A DNA stretch of 61,626 bases, taken from positions 1-61,626 of the IMG/VR virus record IMGVR_UViG_3300046167_000317. One strand, given 5' to 3'. This document shows, in pieces, positions 55,069 to 61,626 of the stretch. The notes under the pieces were generated by a model. That model made no database searches. It worked only from the letters and a program-made list of their open reading frames with translations, and had not been told where the DNA came from. The position numbers were made by a program, and so were the translations under genes. Every line of letters starts with the position of its first letter. The first letter of the stretch is position 1. The DNA is from a virus. Lineage: Duplodnaviria; Caudoviricetes.

Positions 55069-55917
55069 TTATTTACCAACACTCAGCTCTGCTTTTATTG
55101 CAGGATAAGGATTGTAGTTAATTAATTTAATTGTATTAGCTGTAGGTATATATATTTCTCCGCCATATTGGGTACATGAATATATGCCTGGTGTTTTATA
55201 TATGCCTTGGTCTAATTGTAATTTAGGCAGTATTCTTTTTGGTCTATCTAAATATACTTGAGCTTGTTCTAAATGATTATTATACAAATGACAATCACCA
55301 AGCTGACCTATAAGCTGTCCTGCTTTTAATCCAGCGCCCTTAGCTAACATTTCTAATAGTAAGCCGTACATAGTTATATCATAAGGCAAACCTAAAAACA
55401 CATCAGCTGAACGTTGCTGCCACATTAAATCTAAAACACCGTTGTTAATGTAAACTTGAAATCCATAATGACACGGCGGTAAAGCCATATCAGGCATATC
55501 AGCCGGGTTCCAAGCGTTGATCATAAGACGTCTAGAATTTGGATTAGTAGTTATGCTATACACAAGTTGTTCAAGCTGATCTACGCCGTTAAAATCGCGC
55601 CATTGCTTGCCATATACAGGACCAAGCGTTTCATCTGTTCTGCCTGAACGTTCATAATCAGGTCTCCAGTATTTAACACCATTATCTTCTAAATACTTAA
55701 GATCAGTCCTACCATTCAATATCCAAAGCAGTTCAGTTCTTGCTGCATTGAAGCTTATCTTCTTTCCTGTAAGTATAGGGAAGCCCAGTGACATATCGTG
55801 TCTAATCGTTCTTCCGAAGACAGACTTCGTCCCCGTGCCTGTTCGATCTTCTTTATCCAATCCTCTGTCGAGTATTTCTGATATAAGTCTTTTGTATTCA
55901 TTTTCTATGTTTGTCAT
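55069..55917 (-). CDS. thyA: Thymidylate synthase
   Basis: DRTGTGT, LGPVYGKQWR, MALPPCH, QRSADVFLGLPY, HLYNNH; true start MTNIE at 55917. Confidence 0.97.
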   Translation of the reverse strand: MTNIENEYKRLISEILDRGLDKEDRTGTGTKSVFGRTIRHDMSLGFPILTGKKISFNAARTELLWILNGRTDLKYLEDNGVKYWRPDYERSGRTDETLGPVYGKQWRDFNGVDQLEQLVYSITTNPNSRRLMINAWNPADMPDMALPPCHYGFQVYINNGVLDLMWQQRSADVFLGLPYDITMYGLLLEMLAKGAGLKAGQLIGQLGDCHLYNNHLEQAQVYLDRPKRILPKLQLDQGIYKTPGIYSCTQYGGEIYIPTANTIKLINYNPYPAIKAELSVGK

Positions 55918-56158
55918 AATAGTATTTACAATATTCAAATATTTTTGTCCATATTTCTGTTTTGCCATATGTTTCTGGGCTGGTGTGAGTTCTATCTTTG
56001 CTCCGTATATCAATATACCATTGCGTTGGGGAATAAGCCTTAGGGGCAATAGCTATTTGATTTCTAACACACCATCTATATGCTTTCCATAATTCAGGAT
56101 CCATTGAGGGTTTACCCATATCAATAGCGCCTTTCTTTTTTTTAGATCCACTACCCAT
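55898..56158 (-). CDS. Hypothetical protein
   Basis: ORF track. Confidence 0.65.
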   Translation of the reverse strand: MGSGSKKKKGAIDMGKPSMDPELWKAYRWCVRNQIAIAPKAYSPTQWYIDIRSKDRTHTSPETYGKTEIWTKIFEYCKYYYDKHRK

Positions 56159-57868
56159 TTATTCCCACGGCATTTTTTCACCAGATACGTTTATCTGTTC
56201 GTGAGGTATAAAGCATCCTGATTTTGGTTCCCACTTGAAGTGAGCTTCAGCTCCATTCTCGCCAAGGTTTTGAAACTTAACTTTTAAAACTTTAGCTTTA
56301 ACTGTTTTAGCTTCGTAATCCCTGTGGACTAATAAACCATGATAGCTAGCGTCATACCATTCGCCGCCTCCTTTGATATTATACATTGTAGGCTCTTCAA
56401 TTTTACCATCACTACCTTTGTACATTTTAGTTGGATGAGCTACCACGAATACAAGCACATCGTACTTTTTAGCAAAGATTTCAATCTTGCTTAAGTACTC
56501 CATAGTATAACGATTAACATCTTCAGTCTTACAATCAACATCTCTTACTTTGTTAAATGGATCAATAACTAAGCATTTAATACCTTTACGCTTAACCAGC
56601 TCAGCCCCTTTACGCAACACAGAATCTAATGTGTAACGTTCCATATCAATGTGAAAGTAGTTACTATTACAATGATCTGCTACTTGATTCCATTTATCTC
56701 CTCCGATATCATCTCTAGTTGGCATACCTTGCCAATGCTTACGCATTAACTTATGAGCGTGTAAATAAGTCGGTACATTTTCTGGCGACGCAAACGCTGT
56801 TTTCCATCCGTAGTTATTATTATATCCGACAACCATCTGATCGACGAAATCACTCTTACCGGAACTAGGAATACCAGTAACAGTAATGAATTGACCAGTG
56901 TAAGTTGAGAAGATATCATCAAAATTTTCAAGGCCAACTTGGAATCCTGGTTTAAAGCCATTCTTAACAAAGTCGGTAACTTCATCTTCAATATCCCTGA
57001 ATGTTGTAACATTCTCAAGCGGTACTGGTCTTGCTCCCGAAATACGCTCTGATAATTTTTCTTTTCCATACTTTTGTAAATATTCATTTGCATCTTTACA
57101 GTCTTCAAACGATGCCAAGTAGCATACTTCAGATCCTAGTCTTCTAACTAGCTCTGCTTGTAAAGCCATACCAGCTTCGTCTGTGTCTACAGCCAATATG
57201 ATTTTTTCTTTGTCTTCGAAATAATCTATACAAGCATCTAAATAATCAAGGTTATTACTATTTAATGTAGCTCCGTTTGGAACTGATATCGCATTTGTTA
57301 TGCCAGCTTCATGGAGCGCAAGCACATCCATTTCGCCTTCAACAATAACACAATACTCATAACCTATTATACTATTTATATTATAAAATACTTTTTCAGC
57401 ACCCTTATATAATTTAAAGTTCTTTCGTCCATCGCGATACTTAACGTTGATAAGTTGATCGCCCATGAAGTAATTAAACTTTATAACGTTCTCGGTTTTA
57501 CCGGTCTGGGGCATATACTCAGGACCCTCACCAATCTTAAGATCAGTGAGAGTTTGCTGAGATATTCCTCTAGTTTTAAACCACTCAACTACTTTGCTAG
57601 CTGGAGGTTTATGTACAACCTCTGCAGGTCTTACATATACCTTTTCACTAGCACCTTTACGCTGATACGTATGTAGTTGAAATGATGTATTACAGTTGTG
57701 ACAAGTACCGAGACCCCGATCCCAATCATAAGACGCACATTTAGCCTTTTGATTCTTGGGTTTTCTATCAGGGGAACAAAGAGGACATATGCCCTGCTTC
57801 TTTCCCTCTTCAAGCTTATGTTGATTGAACTCGTCAATCAAAAATCCATTGATCTCTGTTGTCTGCAT
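56159..57868 (-). CDS. T7 gp4/Twinkle-like primase-helicase
   Basis: Zn finger CPLC...CHNC, TOPRIM VEGEMD/DTDEAG/KDANE, Walker A GIPSSGKS, LVIDP, VAHP. Confidence 0.93.
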   Translation of the reverse strand: MQTTEINGFLIDEFNQHKLEEGKKQGICPLCSPDRKPKNQKAKCASYDWDRGLGTCHNCNTSFQLHTYQRKGASEKVYVRPAEVVHKPPASKVVEWFKTRGISQQTLTDLKIGEGPEYMPQTGKTENVIKFNYFMGDQLINVKYRDGRKNFKLYKGAEKVFYNINSIIGYEYCVIVEGEMDVLALHEAGITNAISVPNGATLNSNNLDYLDACIDYFEDKEKIILAVDTDEAGMALQAELVRRLGSEVCYLASFEDCKDANEYLQKYGKEKLSERISGARPVPLENVTTFRDIEDEVTDFVKNGFKPGFQVGLENFDDIFSTYTGQFITVTGIPSSGKSDFVDQMVVGYNNNYGWKTAFASPENVPTYLHAHKLMRKHWQGMPTRDDIGGDKWNQVADHCNSNYFHIDMERYTLDSVLRKGAELVKRKGIKCLVIDPFNKVRDVDCKTEDVNRYTMEYLSKIEIFAKKYDVLVFVVAHPTKMYKGSDGKIEEPTMYNIKGGGEWYDASYHGLLVHRDYEAKTVKAKVLKVKFQNLGENGAEAHFKWEPKSGCFIPHEQINVSGEKMPWE

Positions 57869-57928
57869 TTAATTTAATTTAATTTATCTAATAACATTCT
57901 TCTAAACATTCAGGACATATGTATAGCA

Positions 57929-58240
57929 TTAGAATGGTAGATCGTCTGCAGGTTCTGGTACTGCCGGTGCTGCTTGTTGAGGTTGGCCATCACGAGGCGC
58001 TGCTGCAACGTTGTCTCCATTAGTCCATACTACTTTAACATTACCTAAATAAACCTTGTCAGCTTTGGCCTCACGCTCTTCTTTAGTTTGTTCTACTATT
58101 ATCGGACCATTGTTTCCAAATTGGTCAAGCTCATCATTAAGAGTAATAGTGATGGGTAAATACTTGCCTTTCTTTCCAACATAGATTTTATCTTTAGGAA
58201 TTTTGTTTAGGTCAATACTTGTTTTAATTATACTAGCCAT
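57929..58240 (-). CDS. Single-stranded DNA-binding protein (Bacteroidota-phage type)
   Basis: GKKGKYL...DQFGN...YLGN and a C-terminal DDLPF tail. Confidence 0.8.
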   Translation of the reverse strand: MASIIKTSIDLNKIPKDKIYVGKKGKYLPITITLNDELDQFGNNGPIIVEQTKEEREAKADKVYLGNVKVVWTNGDNVAAAPRDGQPQQAAPAVPEPADDLPF

Positions 58241-58241
58241 A

Positions 58242-58418
58242 TTAGTATGCGTTTAATTGGTTAAACATTCTTTGCATTTGGGATTTTGTTGCGCCTGTTG
58301 TACGGCGTAAGTTATCTACAGCTTTTACATGATTTTGATTTGTATAGAAGTTATCTACACTAGTTTCTAATCCTGATACTGTACATACTTTTGTTTGGTT
58401 TTTTCTGGTTCTTGCCAT
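58242..58418 (-). CDS. Hypothetical protein (58 aa)
   Basis: MARTRKNQTKVCTVSG...; directly downstream of motif copy 9. Confidence 0.6.
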   Translation of the reverse strand: MARTRKNQTKVCTVSGLETSVDNFYTNQNHVKAVDNLRRTTGATKSQMQRMFNQLNAY

Positions 58419-58451
58419 TGGTTTTAAATTTAATTGTTATTAATATTCATG

Positions 58452-58487
58452 TTTATTATCAATACTGCTTCGTGTTATGTTTGTAAA
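58452..58487 (-). promoter_or_regulatory. 36-bp early-region motif copy 9 (upstream of the SSB/primase-helicase block)
   Basis: tttattatcaatactgcttcgtgttatgtttgtaaa. Confidence 0.7.
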
Positions 58488-59219
58488 TTACAAAGTCTGA
58501 TTAATAAAATAGTTTTCCGGTTTAAAGTCCGGGTTTTCGTAGAATAATTTATATGCTTCTACAGCTTTTTCAACTTTATCCTCTCCTTTAGAATAGAACT
58601 CAGGTGAACAGTCATATATACCTATCTGGTGTGTTGTTTTATCTATTACAATAAAAACCATTTCATAACCAAATAACTCTCTGTATATATAAGCTTGACT
58701 GTTATAATTGTACTTCTGAGCAGAGTATCTAAACTTAGAAATATCAGCCGTTGTTTTTAAATCAATAATTAACTTTTCGTCGTGATTAACAATATCGGCT
58801 TTGCCTTTCCATAGTTTACCTTTAATCTCTGCAATCCCAGGCACTTCGTATTCTACATTACCATCCCGTATTAAACCTCTACATACTTCGTTAGACATCA
58901 TAACATCTATAAGTACTTCGAGCTTATCTACTTCTGATTGTAGAAGACACATCTCACCTCCTGAGATCTCTTTGTAAGCTTTTGTATTTCTAGTAGAAGC
59001 TTCTATCACTTTGTATTTCTTAAGCTTATCTGGCTCAAGTATTGCAGTATGAAAGTAGCCTCCAACTAAAAATGCAGGGATTTGTTTTTGCTTTTCCCTA
59101 AGCGACAAAGGATTAGTTAATAGTTTTGAGATATCTGAATTACTTAGGAATTGTTTTCCAAACTTACCATAGTAATGTTCATCTTCTCTTAACTTCTTTA
59201 ACTCATCTTTTCTTGTCAT
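58488..59219 (-). CDS. RecE/exonuclease VIII-like PD-(D/E)XK nuclease
   Basis: LSNSDI, FHTAILEP, KGKADI, IIDLKTT, YNSQAYIY. Confidence 0.85.
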   Translation of the reverse strand: MTRKDELKKLREDEHYYGKFGKQFLSNSDISKLLTNPLSLREKQKQIPAFLVGGYFHTAILEPDKLKKYKVIEASTRNTKAYKEISGGEMCLLQSEVDKLEVLIDVMMSNEVCRGLIRDGNVEYEVPGIAEIKGKLWKGKADIVNHDEKLIIDLKTTADISKFRYSAQKYNYNSQAYIYRELFGYEMVFIVIDKTTHQIGIYDCSPEFYSKGEDKVEKAVEAYKLFYENPDFKPENYFINQTL

Positions 59220-59737
59220 TATAACGTTTTTAATGTTGCAGCAGGTATATCGTATTTACTTTTTATTGCTTCTAAGCTTCCCCCCGCTTTTAAGAAAGCC
59301 TTAGCTTTTGTTAACGCTGCTCCTTCTAATTTCGGCTTGGCAGTTTTACCGTGTCCATTCGTTGCATCACTGTCAGCTGTGTCATCAATTAAGAATAAAT
59401 TACCGAGTGAATACTTTTTACCGTAGCTTGATGCGCTACCAAACTTCTGGGGCATTTGCATACCTTTTTGATCTAAATCAACGCCAACTAAAGCTGTTGC
59501 GTGTATAGCACTTTTGCCGTCAGAAATAGTCGAAGTTGAACAAATAATAGGAAAGCCTTGGGCTTCAACCAATTGCTCGCTGATTGTTACTGTAACTCCT
59601 AACTCTAATAGAAAGGGCTTTGTTGCTTCTAGGATATCTTCGGCTGATCTGAAGTTATATTTGCCGAATGAATTAAATCTACTTTTCTTCGATTTAAACT
59701 TTGTCTGGATCGTTGCCAGTTTCTCATTTAAGGTCAT
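59219..59737 (-). CDS. erf: ERF-family single-strand annealing protein
   Basis: NSFGKYNFRSAEDIL, GSASSYGKKYSLGNLFLIDD. Confidence 0.9.
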   Translation of the reverse strand: MTLNEKLATIQTKFKSKKSRFNSFGKYNFRSAEDILEATKPFLLELGVTVTISEQLVEAQGFPIICSTSTISDGKSAIHATALVGVDLDQKGMQMPQKFGSASSYGKKYSLGNLFLIDDTADSDATNGHGKTAKPKLEGAALTKAKAFLKAGGSLEAIKSKYDIPAATLKTL

Positions 59738-59784
59738 ATGGTTTGTGGTTTGTTATTAATATAATTACGTATTTTGTTCATAAA

Positions 59785-60534
59785 TTAAAGATAATCAATT
59801 ACTTGGGTGGGATCGGTGTTAGCTATCAACTTGTCAATTGCCTCTCTTTTGATCTGCGAAACACGTACATTTGCAGTGTTTACGTTTATTTTTAGCTTGT
59901 TTGCTATATAGTTAGCAGAATGCTTATCACAATCTAAACCAAAAGATAATCTTAATACTTCGTATTCAATAGGCGTTAAATGCTCTTTCATTAATCCTAA
60001 CAAATAAATATTTAATAAATCTATATTATAAGGTGTTGACTTATCTTCTATTTGATATATAGGATTTTCTTCGTCATTATAATTTTCATCATAGCTTGAA
60101 AATACTGAATTAAAAAATAGTGATACCATTTTATCATCATCAGGGTTTTTACGTATTTGATTTAGCTTATGCTCAGGTATTTTAACATCACCCCGGTTAA
60201 TATCTATTGCGCGTCTTATAGCTCCTTTAATTCTTTTGCTTAAAAAAGATTTTAAAGTTTTTTCAACATCAGACGATTCGTCTATCATTAGCCAATCTAT
60301 TTTATCTACAGCTTTAACTAAGCCTGAGTTACCTTCTTGTATTAAATCGTTAATACTTAATACGCCTGAGGCTTGCTGGGTTGTTGAAAATTTTCTAGCT
60401 AGATTTTCTACCAGTGGCATAAACTTTATTATTAGCTCATCTCTGGTATATTCATCGTAGAACTTTTCAGAAGGTATAGATTTTTTAAGATCCTCTTTGT
60501 ATCTTATGTAATTCTGTACATTATATTTCTTCAT
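59785..60534 (-). CDS. Phage-encoded sigma-70-family factor
   Basis: Region 2 PLVENLARKF...DLIQEGNSGLVKAVDK; region 4 LTPIEYEVLRLSFGL...RVSQIKREAIDKL. Confidence 0.9.
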   Translation of the reverse strand: MKKYNVQNYIRYKEDLKKSIPSEKFYDEYTRDELIIKFMPLVENLARKFSTTQQASGVLSINDLIQEGNSGLVKAVDKIDWLMIDESSDVEKTLKSFLSKRIKGAIRRAIDINRGDVKIPEHKLNQIRKNPDDDKMVSLFFNSVFSSYDENYNDEENPIYQIEDKSTPYNIDLLNIYLLGLMKEHLTPIEYEVLRLSFGLDCDKHSANYIANKLKINVNTANVRVSQIKREAIDKLIANTDPTQVIDYL

Positions 60535-60634
60535 TATTGTTTAGTTTTTCAAATGCCTGTGACATTAGGTTGTTATCTGCATAGTATATATTACCTATAC
60601 TCGCCATCCATTCATTAAAATTATTTGCTATCAT
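60521..60634 (-). CDS. Possible 37-aa ORF
   Basis: MIANNFNEWMASIGNIYYADNNLMSQAFEKLNNNEEI; overlaps both neighbours. Confidence 0.4.
   Translation of the reverse strand: MIANNFNEWMASIGNIYYADNNLMSQAFEKLNNNEEI
60558..60605. promoter_or_regulatory. Degenerate spaced inverted-repeat site D (TGTGACATTAGG-N24-CCTATACTCGCC)
   Basis: Left half matches site B at 11 of 12 positions; 24 nt upstream of the sigma ATG. Confidence 0.5.
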
Positions 60635-61248
60635 ATTTGTTGATTTAAAAGTGCTTTTTCTTTTTTAAGTTCATTACTCATATTTCTGTATATTGTTCTT
60701 GTTGAACACCCTAATACTATTGCTAATTTTGATATACTTATTTTTTCTGCTTCGTCGTGCATTATTAGCATTGCGTCATATATTTCAGACTCAGATAATT
60801 TTTTTCTGCCTACCATTTGCCCCACTATAGAAAGCTTTTGTCGCATATCTAATCTTGTGTGCTCTTTAAATATAATTTTACGTAATTTATTTGGAGGCTG
60901 TCTATCAAGGTCACTCATGCTAACCTCATATATTATATTGTTTATTGCTGAATCAGATATAGTAAAAGTTACAAAGCCATTTTTTTTATCACACATAAAC
61001 ATACACATGCCTGAGAACTCGTCTGGATCCATTTCAGGATTAAGATACCATAATACATATAAATGCCATCTAAGTGATTTATACGTGTTTATTTTGGCTC
61101 GGCTATTGAACAGTGTATAGCATTCGTAAGTGCCTGCTTCGTAATAGTTTCCCCATGAGTGCACTTCTGTAGGTTTATCATTAACAGGATTTCTTCTATA
61201 TATTATTCGTCTTCGATTAAAATAATCGAGTTGCCGTTCGTATTCCAT
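60631..61248 (-). CDS. C-terminal HTH protein (regulator or replication initiator)
   Basis: ISISKLAIVLGCSTRTIYRNM helix-turn-helix. Confidence 0.7.
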   Translation of the reverse strand: MEYERQLDYFNRRRIIYRRNPVNDKPTEVHSWGNYYEAGTYECYTLFNSRAKINTYKSLRWHLYVLWYLNPEMDPDEFSGMCMFMCDKKNGFVTFTISDSAINNIIYEVSMSDLDRQPPNKLRKIIFKEHTRLDMRQKLSIVGQMVGRKKLSESEIYDAMLIMHDEAEKISISKLAIVLGCSTRTIYRNMSNELKKEKALLNQQI

Positions 61249-61261
61249 TGTGTTTGTTTTA

Positions 61262-61307
61262 TGTGACGTTAGCCTCTTACTATTATATACTACATGCTAT
61301 TGTCACA
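61262..61307. promoter_or_regulatory. Spaced inverted-repeat site C (TGTGACGTTAGC-N22-GCTATTGTCACA)
   Basis: Ends 14 nt upstream of the HTH gene start; spacer is reverse-oriented relative to A and B. Confidence 0.75.
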
Positions 61308-61318
61308 GTTTTTATTAA

Positions 61319-61606
61319 TTATAATTTATACTTAGCTTTAAGTTGAATTAATTTTTGTTTTATTTTTTCCGCCATATTATAATCTTCATTAACTACAGCT
61401 TCATCAAGTTCAAGTTCAAGTTTAATTAATTGATCTTTAATAAGATCTGTTTGACTAATCATACCAAATGATATATTTGCTTCTTCTTGGCTTTGTTCTA
61501 TCATGCTTTGCATATCAGCTTGAAAAGCTTTATCATATTCTTCCTGTTTTGCAGATAACTTTTCTACTATTAAATCTGCTAATTTATTGATTTCTTGTTC
61601 TGTCAT
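61319..61606 (-). CDS. Coiled-coil protein with a UVR-like C-terminal motif
   Basis: LDEAVVNEDYNMAEKIKQKL resembles the UvrB/C motif. Confidence 0.65.
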   Translation of the reverse strand: MTEQEINKLADLIVEKLSAKQEEYDKAFQADMQSMIEQSQEEANISFGMISQTDLIKDQLIKLELELDEAVVNEDYNMAEKIKQKLIQLKAKYKL

Positions 61607-61626
61607 TGTGGTCTTGTTATTAATTG

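Noticed and set aside
55918-56049. N-terminal extension of ThyA given in the ORF track
   Set aside because: It overlaps the upstream gene, and ThyA homology begins at MTNIE (55917).
1-61626. Stop-codon reassignment, introns/inteins, or a lysogeny module
   Set aside because: Core genes are intact and of normal length in the standard code; no integrase or repressor pair was recognised.

Overview
The window looks like a complete, circularly permuted 61.6-kb genome of a lytic podovirus-type phage. The gene broken at position 1 continues in frame from position 61626. The host is probably a Bacteroidota/Flavobacteria species, inferred from AT-rich leaders without Shine-Dalgarno sites and a gene set resembling crAss-related and marine flavobacterial phages. 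There are two arms diverging at about 6.0-6.3 kb and converging at a terminator near 49.6 kb. The + arm (6.35-49.6 kb) encodes fibre/appendage proteins, GroEL/GroES, small basic proteins with a metallopeptidase, terminase, portal, scaffold, capsid, tail ring/nozzle, ejection proteins, a 2517-aa polyvalent protein and lysis genes. The - arm encodes early small ORFs, an HTH protein, a sigma-70-family factor, ERF/exonuclease/SSB, primase-helicase, ThyA, MazG and NrdAB. I recognised no DNA polymerase, RNA polymerase or integrase. Most notable: (1) a 110-nt tmRNA-type tRNA-like domain with G3:U70 but no mRNA-like domain, next to a second ~225-nt structured RNA candidate; (2) a giant putative virion protein divided by five QFSK[TN] motifs, with an HExxH peptidase motif, a HAD phosphatase bracketed by two motifs and a possible sigma-like segment; (3) small basic proteins sharing [SA]PxK/FKMK motifs next to a small zincin; (4) three separate repeated regulatory DNA motifs. 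All protein calls come from motif recognition by eye, with no database searches.
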